64,000 nt of DNA, from the NCBI GenBank assembly GCA_965219415.1, contig CBDCNP010000002.1, forward strand, positions 64,001 through 128,000. Direction: 5' to 3'. The position numbers and the translations under genes were made by a program. The DNA comes from Candidatus Marinacidobacterales bacterium. GTDB lineage: Bacteria > Acidobacteriota > Vicinamibacteria > Marinacidobacterales > DATDRI01. Positions 50,728 to 59,536 of the stretch are shown here, one piece after another. Below the pieces are notes generated by a model. It saw only the letters and a program-made list of their open reading frames with translations, did no database searches and was not told the origin of the DNA. How positions within the stretch are numbered: position 1 is the first letter of the stretch; each line of letters opens with the position of its first letter.

Positions 50728-52107
50728 ATGTTCGTGAGACGAGACAAGTGGCTGGAGAGCGAAAGCACGGGACTGCTCACCGATCTCTACCAAATCACGA
50801 TGGCTGCAGCCTATTTCGAGCACGGCATGAGCGCGCCCGCAACCTTCAGTCTCTTCATGCGCAATCTGCCGCAAAATCGGTCTTTTTTCTTGGCCGCCGG
50901 TCTCGAGGAGGCGCTCGATTATCTCGAAAATCTTCGATTCGGCCCCGAGGCCATCGACTATCTTCGGACAACCGGCAACTTTAAGGAAGCGTTTCTAGAA
51001 CACCTCGCGGACTTCCGATTCGATGGAGACGTCGTCGCCATCCGGGAAGGAACGGTGCTCTTCCCCAACGAACCGCTCCTCGAAGTCACGGCTCCGATCC
51101 TTCAAGCTCAACTTGCCGAAACGTACCTCATGAACGCACTGCAGCTCGGTACATTGATTGCGAGCAAGGCGGCCCGCATCCGAATCGCTGGCCAAGACGG
51201 GAGCGTCGTCGATTTCGCTTCCCGGCGCGCGCATGGGCGAGACGCCGCCCTCAAAGTGGCGCGTTCGTCCTACGTCGGAGGCTTCCACGCCACCAGCAAC
51301 GTACTCGCCGGCATGAAGTACGGAATACCCATCGAGGGCACCGTCGCCCACAGTTTCATCCAATCGTTCGAGCAGGAACTGGACGCTTTCGGTACCTTCG
51401 CACGCGTATTCCCCTCCAACACCGTTCTTTTGATCGATACCTACGACACGCTACAAGGCGCGCGCCACGCTGTAACGGTCGGGCGCGAGATGGCCGAACG
51501 AGGCGCGCAACTTCGCGGTGTCCGCCTCGATAGTGGCGACATGATTCGACTCGCCAAGGCAGTGAGACGGATCCTCGACGAGGGAGGCCTCCCGGAAACC
51601 AAGATCTTCGCCAGCGGCGGACTCGACGAATACCGTATCGAGGAGGCTCTCGGCGCCGGTGCTCCCATCGACGGCTTCGGCGTGGGAAGTCATCTGGGCG
51701 TGTCATACGACGCGCCTGCGCTGGACATCGTATACAAGCTTGTCGAGTATGCCGATCGTCCCGTGGTCAAGCTTTCTCAAGACAAGCAAACCCTTGGGGG
51801 CCGAAAGCAGTTTTTCCGACGGTATGCAGAATCGGGCGAGATGCTGGAGGACATCATCGCGCTTCGAGATGAAGAGCTCGAAGACGCGGAGCCTTTCCTC
51901 TTCCCGGTCATGGCGAGAGGAAAGCGGCTCAGGGACCCGACGCCATTGGACGAGATCCGTAAATACGCGGCCGAAAACCTCGCCAGACTTCCCTCACGCC
52001 TCAAGACCCTGCGCAAGACAGCATCGTATCCGGTCCAGCAGAGCGAGGCGATTCGAGCGCTGCAGAGCAAGCTCGTGGAAGAACATGGCGGAATGGTCAG
52101 CCGCTAA
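50728..52107 (+). CDS. pncB: nicotinate phosphoribosyltransferase
   Basis: LLTDLYQITM, GTVAHS, LIDTYD, GVRLDSGD and YKLV motifs. Confidence 0.95.
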   Translation: MFVRRDKWLESESTGLLTDLYQITMAAAYFEHGMSAPATFSLFMRNLPQNRSFFLAAGLEEALDYLENLRFGPEAIDYLRTTGNFKEAFLEHLADFRFDGDVVAIREGTVLFPNEPLLEVTAPILQAQLAETYLMNALQLGTLIASKAARIRIAGQDGSVVDFASRRAHGRDAALKVARSSYVGGFHATSNVLAGMKYGIPIEGTVAHSFIQSFEQELDAFGTFARVFPSNTVLLIDTYDTLQGARHAVTVGREMAERGAQLRGVRLDSGDMIRLAKAVRRILDEGGLPETKIFASGGLDEYRIEEALGAGAPIDGFGVGSHLGVSYDAPALDIVYKLVEYADRPVVKLSQDKQTLGGRKQFFRRYAESGEMLEDIIALRDEELEDAEPFLFPVMARGKRLRDPTPLDEIRKYAAENLARLPSRLKTLRKTASYPVQQSEAIRALQSKLVEEHGGMVSR

Positions 52108-52152
52108 GACAACGAGAACGATAGCCAGGGAGCCGTCAATTGGGAGGTCGAG

Positions 52153-52578
52153 ATGTTCAAACGAGCCCTTGGGCTTGCCGCCTGGCCGGCTTTGATTTCG
52201 CTGCTGATCACGTTGGCGCGTTTTTTTGGTGAACGCGCGAGCTTACCGAACGCCGTCACCTTCGTGCTCGGCATCATCTGGCTGACGTTTGTCGTCGCGA
52301 TCTATTGGGGCGTCAAGCTGGCCGACGACGAGCGGCCCTATCGACTCCTACTACTGAGCCTCGTGGTTTTCTCAGTGCTTTCCAGGATCCCAGTCTTCGC
52401 GCTCTGGTGGGTGACCAACACCTGGGGTCTGGGCACGCACTACGATTTTACAGATACCTTAGGGCAAGCGCTGGTTGGCCAATTCATCTTCGGTTCCCTA
52501 CAGCAGATTGTTCCTGGAGCCATTCTCGGGTGGGCAATGCTTGCGTTGAAAAGACGACAAGCGACCGAGCCGACCTAA
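52153..52578 (+). CDS. hypothetical membrane protein (about 4 TM)
   Basis: GGAGG RBS and four hydrophobic segments. Confidence 0.65.
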   Translation: MFKRALGLAAWPALISLLITLARFFGERASLPNAVTFVLGIIWLTFVVAIYWGVKLADDERPYRLLLLSLVVFSVLSRIPVFALWWVTNTWGLGTHYDFTDTLGQALVGQFIFGSLQQIVPGAILGWAMLALKRRQATEPT

Positions 52579-52598
52579 GATGGTTTCTTCTTCCGTTA

Positions 52599-52633
52599 CT
52601 CCCTCTCCCTCTGGGAGAGGGCCGGGGTGAGGG
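52599..52633. repeat. small palindromic extragenic element (CCCTCTCCC-N3-GGGAGAGGG…GGGGTGAGGG type)
   Basis: 9-bp perfect stem at 52601-52621 between convergent genes. Confidence 0.65.
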
Positions 52634-52659
52634 AAAAGGGGAGGGGGAAGGAAGCCAAT

Positions 52660-53334
52660 CTACCCATCAGTGTCGAGTGCACAAACCGCTTCCACGAAAG
52701 CCTCCTCAGGTTGGGCCCCGAGAAGCTCGACTTCATCGTTGATCACGATCTTGGGGACTCCGGTCACACCGTAGCGCTGGGCCATGTCGGGGAACTCGCT
52801 GATCTCCACGACATCGGCGACGATCCGGTCGCTCTCGATTGCCATCTGATGGGCCACACGGGCCACGCCGGGACAGTACGGTCACGTCGGTGTGACAAAG
52901 ACCTGAACATGCACGTCCTTTGACAGCGATTCCAGCGACTCTCTACTCTCGTCGCTCAGCGATGTGCTGCCCTTCGAGACATCGACGATGTCGGCTACGA
53001 ACGCAGGGAACTCGGACCCTCCAGGAATCCCGAAATAACGGACCTTGCCCCGCGCTTCCCCTTCGAGCACGATGGCCGGAATACGCTCGATTCCCGCCGA
53101 GCTGGCCGCCTCTTGGTCGGCATACACATCGTGAATCGTCAGCTCCAGCTTCTCGGAGAGTGAGGTGACTTCCTCCACCAGCTCACCGGTTTCCGTGCAG
53201 GTGGGACACTCGCGTCCCGGAATCACGATCAGGCCGCCTCCTTGAGTGAAGAAGTTGACCTTCACGTCGCCCACGAGATCCCGCTCGAAGATCTCACCTA
53301 GCTCCTTCCGATTAGCGTCCGACAGCAATGCCAT
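52660..53334 (-). CDS. selenoprotein candidate: protein-disulfide oxidoreductase (AhpF N-terminal-like, two thioredoxin folds), Sec at 52882-52884
   Basis: ECPTC first motif; FVTPT-TGA-PYCP second motif; ORFs 52882-53334 and 52660-52866 are in the same frame; GVPKIVIN cis-Pro loop. Confidence 0.88.
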
Positions 53335-53337
53335 CCG

Positions 53338-53946
53338 TCACCCCATCTCTTTTTCCACCGAGTCCAACGCTACCGTTCCGACACCGGCCGCCTTCATCTT
53401 ACGTAGCTCCCGATCGGAATCTCCAGCCTCCAAGTCGACCCCCCGAACCGCGTCTTCGAGAAGCGTCACCTTGAATCCTTGGGCGATGGCGTCATGCACT
53501 GAGCACTGCACACAGTAGTCAGTGGCGAGTCCGCCAACAAAAAGATGCTCGATACCTTGCCGCTTGAGCGAGTCGATGAAAGAGACGCCGCTGTCCTCCT
53601 CGGCCTGGAATGCGGAGTAGGCGTCTTCCTCGGCACCCTTTCCTTTCGAGACCACGATGGTGCCCTCGGGGAGCCTCAACTCCGGATGAAACTCTGCGCC
53701 TCTTGTTCCCGCGACACAGTGAGGTGGCCAGACACCACCGAACTCCTTGAAGTGGCTGGTCCGCTCGGGGTGCCAGTCGCGGGTGGCGTAGACGGGCAGG
53801 CGCGCCCGCGAGAACCGTTCCGCGTATTGGTTGAGGATAGGGACAACCTCATCCCCCCCGGGTACTGCTAGAGAGCCGCTGGCGCAGAAATCGTTTTGGA
53901 CGTCGACGATAACGAGTGCGGCGCGATCTTTCGTGTTTTCGCTCAT
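53338..53946 (-). CDS. pncA: nicotinamidase/pyrazinamidase
   Basis: VDVQNDF, DWHP, WPPHCV, AYSAF and GLATDYCV motifs. Confidence 0.95.
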   Translation of the reverse strand: MSENTKDRAALVIVDVQNDFCASGSLAVPGGDEVVPILNQYAERFSRARLPVYATRDWHPERTSHFKEFGGVWPPHCVAGTRGAEFHPELRLPEGTIVVSKGKGAEEDAYSAFQAEEDSGVSFIDSLKRQGIEHLFVGGLATDYCVQCSVHDAIAQGFKVTLLEDAVRGVDLEAGDSDRELRKMKAAGVGTVALDSVEKEMG

Positions 53947-54082
53947 GGCGGACTCCGTTGACACGTTTCTCCGGACATCATAGAAGTGGGCGAGGAGTGG
54001 GCGCAAGCCTTGCCCCGACTTACGCTCCGTGGAGGCGGTGCTGGCTGTCGTGGGTGGAAAAATCGTTTCCCGACGGTAGGAG

Positions 54083-54937
54083 CTAGTTTTCCTGGGTAGC
54101 CCCCTGCCCCGGGTATTTGATCTGTGTGTTGACGATCCCCAACTCGACTCGACGGTTCTTGGCACGCGCCTCGTCACTGTTTCCGGGTACCAATGGCTGG
54201 GATTTCCCGAACCCTTCCGTACTGATGATGCGAGGCTGGATACCGACCTCGGCTAGGTAGTCGCGAACCGCCTTCGCCCGCCGGTTGGAGAGATCCAGGT
54301 TGTAGTCCTCGGTGCCGATGTCATCGGTGTGCCCATACACATAGATCTGATAATCGCTGGAGGTAAGTAAAATACCGACGATGCGGCTCAAAAGCTCTTT
54401 GTTCTCCGGTCGCAGGTCGGACTTGTCGAAATCGAACTTCAGGTAGTCGCTTCCCAAGTTCATCACTAATCCGAGGGCCGTCCGGCGAGTCTCGGCGATC
54501 TGATTCAAAGCGTGCTGAAGCCGGTCGAGCTCCTCTTCGCGCTCTTGTTTAATCTTCTCCGCTTCCGCAATCGCGACCTTGGCATCTTGGCGTGCGCGCT
54601 GCGCAGTCTCTCTTTCTCGCTCGGCCTCGTTACGCGCCATCGTCGCGTCGGTCTCTGCCTCGGCGCGACCACGTGCCGCCTGAAGCGCAGCCTCTTCGGC
54701 TTGCACGGCCCTTTCGAGAGCACCTTTCGAACGCTCGCCGATTTGTTGGAGGTGCTCTTCGACACCCAGCATTTGGCTCTCGAGCTCGGTGAGGCGGTTG
54801 AGTATGAGCATACCGAGCCCGAGGAGAACGGCCAGGCCGAGCGCGGCCAGGATCCCCAGGGAGAGTAAGGGAAGCTTGGTGTTCGTACCGGCCCCCTCCT
54901 CTGAGGGGCTTTCCGGCGTTTCGTTCAATGAACTCAT
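54083..54937 (-). CDS. OmpA/MotB-domain membrane protein with coiled coil
   Basis: TM helix and coiled coil; FDFDKS, GHTD, LSNRRA and NRRVE motifs. Confidence 0.9.
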   Translation of the reverse strand: MSSLNETPESPSEEGAGTNTKLPLLSLGILAALGLAVLLGLGMLILNRLTELESQMLGVEEHLQQIGERSKGALERAVQAEEAALQAARGRAEAETDATMARNEAERERETAQRARQDAKVAIAEAEKIKQEREEELDRLQHALNQIAETRRTALGLVMNLGSDYLKFDFDKSDLRPENKELLSRIVGILLTSSDYQIYVYGHTDDIGTEDYNLDLSNRRAKAVRDYLAEVGIQPRIISTEGFGKSQPLVPGNSDEARAKNRRVELGIVNTQIKYPGQGATQEN

Positions 54938-55092
54938 GTTTGCTCTCTCAATAGCGCGCCTCACGGACGCGCGGGTGGTTGACGACGGATGTTGTGAAGG
55001 ATCAATACGTATTATCCGTATATTCGGCGGGAAATTCAATTTTTCCGGCGGGAGCCGTAATCACAACTTTCACCTGGGTTTCTTATCCTGCT

Positions 55093-55120
55093 AAAAAATA
55101 GGGCCGGCAAAGCCGGCCCT
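55093..55120 (-). terminator. intrinsic terminator downstream of the DUF2911 gene
   Basis: Minus strand reads agggccggc-ttt-gccggccct-atttttt. Confidence 0.85.
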
Positions 55121-55145
55121 GGGTAGTGCAAAGTTGATGACTGTC

Positions 55146-55655
55146 TTACTTCGCCTTGAAGTTCGTCTTCAGTACGTTCGTGCCCCACACGAAATGGATC
55201 TCGCCGCCGTCACCGGCGCTCGCGATCTCAATGGTGAACTCTTCCGTGCTCTCTCCCGCAGTCTCCCAGGCAAGCGGAGCGGTGCCGAGATCCATGTCGG
55301 CATCGCGCTGTGTTCCCCACTGCCCGGATTGCTCGTTGATGATGAGCTCCCATTTCTTACCATCGCCGCGCTTCGCGAAGAGGCTGTAGGAGCCCTTGGG
55401 AACGACTAGCGAATCGAAAACAAGGTCTCCGCTGGTCTCGAGCACGGTTGCTTTGTCGGCTCCGAGCCGCCAAACGGTGCCCGCCGGCGCCTTCGCAAGC
55501 ATGTCTCGGCCGCCCAAGCTGGGACGTCCGTAGTCGATGACGACCTTCGCGCCGCCGATCGTTGCTTCTGCCTTGCCGCGCGGTACTTGTGCAAAAGTCA
55601 CCGCAGAAACGAACGCCAGAATAATTGTTATAGCAAATCCGATACGGGTTCTCAT
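55146..55655 (-). CDS. DUF2911 secreted protein
   Basis: Signal peptide; YGRPS…GR…WRLGA…YSLF…QWG motifs. Confidence 0.88.
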   Translation of the reverse strand: MRTRIGFAITIILAFVSAVTFAQVPRGKAEATIGGAKVVIDYGRPSLGGRDMLAKAPAGTVWRLGADKATVLETSGDLVFDSLVVPKGSYSLFAKRGDGKKWELIINEQSGQWGTQRDADMDLGTAPLAWETAGESTEEFTIEIASAGDGGEIHFVWGTNVLKTNFKAK

Positions 55656-55876
55656 TCTTCCTCCTTCTCCTCTTCCTCCCAATATGAAAAAATCGAGTTG
55701 AAATATAGCCAAAACGTGTCACTCCTGCAAATATGAGCTAGAATCCCCGCGTTCGAGGGGCGTCTGACTAAGTTGAGTTTGCCACCCACACATTTTAACG
55801 CCCAACAGGTTTCTAACGTGCGCGCCTGGCCATCTGGATAGGCAGCAAGCGTGTGTTTGAGCGCCCGGGGCCTGGC

Positions 55877-56458
55877 ATGATCCGAGAGGTATCGTTGATC
55901 TTGTCGCCCACAAATCCGAAGTGGCTCAAAGTAGCTCTGGCGGATTTCGACCGCGTCCTCGTAGATCACGCCCATTGCGAGAAGAAGGCCGCGGCTTCCG
56001 CGATGTCTCTCGTGGTGGCCTACCCCGACCGAGAACGTCTGGTCCGACGATTGAGCGCGCTCGCCATCGAAGAGCTCCGGCATTTTCGTGCCGTGCACTT
56101 GCGTTTGAGACGTCGCGGTCTGACGCTCGGCCGTGATTTCGGAGACCCCTACGCCCAAGCGCTCATGCGGTTGGTACGCCCGGGGCGTGGCCGTCTCACC
56201 GATCGACTTCTCGTTGGTGCTCTCATCGAGGCTCGTTCCCAGGATCGCATTGAGCTCTTGGCCGACGCCCTCAACGATTCGGAGCTAGCGGCGTTCTACA
56301 GGTCGCTCGCAGAGGCCGAGGCCAGACACACCGATCTCTTCGGCGAGCTTGCCCGCCACTACGATGACCAAGGGGATGCCGAAGCCCGGCTCGCAACCTT
56401 GGTCGAAGCGGAGGCGGAGATTGTGAAGCGATTACCGATCGAGCCGCGCATGCACTAG
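55877..56458 (+). CDS. miaE: tRNA-(ms2io6A) hydroxylase
   Basis: DHAHCEKKAA, EELRHF, IEARS and EARH di-iron motifs. Confidence 0.9.
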   Translation: MIREVSLILSPTNPKWLKVALADFDRVLVDHAHCEKKAAASAMSLVVAYPDRERLVRRLSALAIEELRHFRAVHLRLRRRGLTLGRDFGDPYAQALMRLVRPGRGRLTDRLLVGALIEARSQDRIELLADALNDSELAAFYRSLAEAEARHTDLFGELARHYDDQGDAEARLATLVEAEAEIVKRLPIEPRMH

Positions 56459-56479
56459 CAGCGTGCTGAGGAATTCACT

Positions 56480-56936
56480 GCACCGCGCCGTCAGACTCCG
56501 AGTCGAGGAAGGCCCATAGGCGGTGGATCCCACTCGCCGTCTCCGCCGTTCTAGTTTGGGAGTCGCCTGGACCGTCATGAAGTACGCCTACTCGCTCCCC
56601 AACGCCGATGAGGCCAACATGGCGCTCTTCAACACCATGGGAAGCTTTCTCACCCTGGGTATCTATGGACTTTTTTTCGGGCGGAAGGGGGTCCACTCCC
56701 TGCATGAATGGTCCATATCCTTCCTACCCATGGGACTGATGGCGGCTGGCGACCTCTCGGTAATCATCGCGGCCAAGACCGGGCCCGTCTCCATCGTCGC
56801 ACCTTTGAGCGGCGCCTATCCGATGGTGACCCTGGCGTTCGCATGGATGGTTCTCAAGGAGCGCATTACCAAGTTGCAATGGCTGTGCATCGCTTTCTTG
56901 CACGTCGGAATGTTCCTGAGCCCAGGAGCCGGCTAA
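56480..56936 (+). pseudogene. EamA/DMT transporter, second-half fragment with frameshift near 56560
   Basis: GPVSIVAPL…YP…LKERI motif; upstream helix RRWIPLAVSAVLVW is in another frame; no first half. Confidence 0.7.
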
Positions 56937-57033
56937 ACATTATTCAGGGCGCGTCTTGACCCTTTCACTACTGACAAGTTAGACTGCTTCAACAGCTGCT
57001 GTTCCACGTCTCGCATCAACAAGGAGAGTCTCA

Positions 57034-57474
57034 TTGTCTGCGCTTTGGTGGTTTCTGATCGGCCTCGGCGTCATGCTCGTGGAGCTGGCCCTTCCAGGTT
57101 TCGTGATCATCTTCTTCGGAATCGGGGCTTGGATCACCGCCCTCTTCGTTTGGCTGGGTGTTCTCGAGAACCTCAACGCACAGCTTCTCGGATTTGTCGG
57201 AGCCTCCATCGTTTCCCTTCTCGCCCTTCGTGGCTGGCTGCAGAAAACTATGCAAGGTCGAGTGTCGGACACGGAGCTCTCGGACACTCGTCTCGACGAC
57301 TTCATCGGGAACAAGGCCAAAGTCACCGTGGCAATCACGCCCGATAGCACCGAGGGGCGAGTCGACTTCCGCGGCACGCAGTGGGCGGCGTCCGCCAAGG
57401 TCGCGATCCCTGCCGAGGCGATGGTCCGGATCGTCTCCAAGGACAATCTGACGCTTCGAGTCGAGCCCATTTAG
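57034..57474 (+). CDS. NfeD family protein
   Basis: WFLIG…EL..PG…FGIGA helices and GRV…GTQW OB domain; upstream of the SPFH gene. Confidence 0.88.
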   Translation: MSALWWFLIGLGVMLVELALPGFVIIFFGIGAWITALFVWLGVLENLNAQLLGFVGASIVSLLALRGWLQKTMQGRVSDTELSDTRLDDFIGNKAKVTVAITPDSTEGRVDFRGTQWAASAKVAIPAEAMVRIVSKDNLTLRVEPI

Positions 57475-57488
57475 TTAGGAGAAAAGCC

Positions 57489-58433
57489 ATGGAGACCTTT
57501 GTCCTTTTTGCCCTGATTGTCATCGTCTTGATCATCATCTTGCGAACGGCCCGAGTCGTACCCCAACGGTCGGCATACATCGTGGAACGCCTAGGACGGT
57601 ACTCGAAGACTCTGAAGGCCGGTTTCCACCTGTTGATTCCATTCGTAGACAAGATCGCCTACAAACACACCTTGAAAGAGACCGCACTCGACGTTCCTCC
57701 ACAGGTATGCATCACCCGAGACAATATCCAAGTCGAAGTGGACGGCGTCCTCTATATGCAGGTGATGGATCCCGTCAAGGCCTCCTACGGCATCACCAAC
57801 TACATTTGGGCATCGACGCAGCTGGCGCAAACGACCATGCGCTCCGAAATCGGAAAAATGGAACTCGATAGAACCTTCGAGGAGCGGACGCTCATCAACA
57901 AGGCCATCGTCGATGCGGTGGACCGCGCTTCGAACCCCTGGGGAATCAAGATCACGCGTTACGAGATCAAGAACATCGTCCCACCTCAATCGATCAAAGA
58001 CGCGATGGAGAAGCAGATGCGCGCCGAGCGGGAAAAACGCGCTCTAATCGCCGAGTCGGAGGGCGACCGTCAGGCCAAGATCAACCGAGCCGAGGGCGAG
58101 AAACAAGAAGCCATTGCCCTTTCCGAAGGTGAAATGCAGAAGCGGATCAATGAAGCGGAGGGACAGGCGCAGGAAATCCTGCGTGTCGCGAACGCCACCG
58201 CGGAGGGAATCCGACAGATCGCCGCGTCCATTCGTGAACCGGGAGGGGCGGATGCCGTCAGCCTGCGCATCGCGCAGCAATACTTGGAAGAGTTCGGAAA
58301 ACTCGCCAGCACCAACAACACCTTGATCATCCCGTCGGATCTGTCCGACGTGGGAAGCTTAGTGGGATCGCTAGGCAAGGTGTTCGATCGGATAAAGAAC
58401 GTTCGGGGCTCTACACCGCCAACACCAAGGTAG
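57489..58433 (+). CDS. SPFH/stomatin-like (paraslipin/QmcA-like) protein
   Basis: VERLG, ITRDN, QLAQTTMRSEIG and MEKQMRAEREKRA motifs. Confidence 0.92.
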   Translation: METFVLFALIVIVLIIILRTARVVPQRSAYIVERLGRYSKTLKAGFHLLIPFVDKIAYKHTLKETALDVPPQVCITRDNIQVEVDGVLYMQVMDPVKASYGITNYIWASTQLAQTTMRSEIGKMELDRTFEERTLINKAIVDAVDRASNPWGIKITRYEIKNIVPPQSIKDAMEKQMRAEREKRALIAESEGDRQAKINRAEGEKQEAIALSEGEMQKRINEAEGQAQEILRVANATAEGIRQIAASIREPGGADAVSLRIAQQYLEEFGKLASTNNTLIIPSDLSDVGSLVGSLGKVFDRIKNVRGSTPPTPR

Positions 58434-59343
58434 TCAATTCTTCGGACTGTAGGTCCCGTCGAACCAGACGTACCAAGTCTCCCCGTCGTCCTTCGACTGC
58501 TCGATGAACTGGCGGACCTTGCCGCCGTCGAGGGGCGTGAACTTCATCCGATACGGCTCGACGCGGCCGTCGCGGTAGGTGTGATGTCCCCGGAAATCCA
58601 AGGAGCCGTCGATGAGCTCGCCCTCGACCTCCATGAGTCCCCCGCCAGAATCCATCCATACCTGGATCCATTTCCGTTTGCCGGGATCGAAGTAGTTGAT
58701 GCTCTTGCCGGAACCGCCCCCGGCACTGGTCCAGTTTTCGAACAGCATGCACCCTTGGACCAGCTTGTCGATGCGGTTTTCCCCCGCGGTCTGGCCGCCG
58801 GCCGTGACCTCCCACTCACTCACCCACCCAGAAGTCGAACTGCCCATACTCAGGGAGGAGCTCACAGGGACGAGCGTTGACATCCGCCTGCTGCACTAGC
58901 TCTTCGAAGCGCGGGTCGTCTCGTAGGCTGGCGAGATCGGTGTCCGACTTCAGCTTGTCGACTTGGCTGAACTCGTTCTTGACCGCCGTCGCCAAGCATT
59001 CGAACGCTTTTTCACGGTCGCCCAACGCCGCGTAGCTCGCTGCCATGTTGTATCCGACGATCGCTGTTGGCACTCCGTTTTTCCCGGCCTTCTGATACAC
59101 CTCTAAGGCTTCCCGGTATTTCCCAAGGCGATGAAGGGCAACGCCCAGCCGAAATTGGGCCCGGGCATTTTTCGGCTCGCGTTTCGCGATACTCCCATTG
59201 GCTTCCGCCGCGCCCTGCCAATTCTCCGCTTGGTAGAGCACATCGGCCTCTTCCATCGAGGGGCCCTGTGCACGGAGCGGGTCTGCCCCAAGCAAGAACA
59301 CTACGAGTAAGACCAGCGGGAATACTCCGAACAAAGCTCTCAT
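58434..59343 (-). pseudogene. secreted TPR plus DUF1579-like beta-barrel protein, split by a 4-bp duplication near 58816
   Basis: ggt gagt gagt gg: removing one GAGT gives QFDFWVGEWEV…WIQVWMD. Confidence 0.8.
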
Positions 59344-59536
59344 CTCACGCCTCCACTTCGGGCTCCAGAATAGGCATCGGGCGCCGTGGCTGTCCATACC
59401 GGGGATCTGGTTTTTAGGCGGTCGTCTAAGGGTCTGCCCTCAAAGGGACAACCGACCCAGATGAGCGGCGGAATCACATCAGCAAACACTTGTTTCCGTG
59501 GCCCGGCTGGAGTAAAAACTGGGAAGCCGCGCCGAT

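Noticed and set aside
55715-55870. Possible ncRNA or riboswitch in intergenic regions (also 29450-29680, 40705-40910, 59345-59530)
   Set aside because: Only weak hairpins and no recognisable consensus; an Rfam/Infernal search would be needed.
58810-58822. TGA between the TPR and beta-barrel ORFs as readthrough
   Set aside because: The downstream domain is in a different frame; a GAGT duplication explains it.
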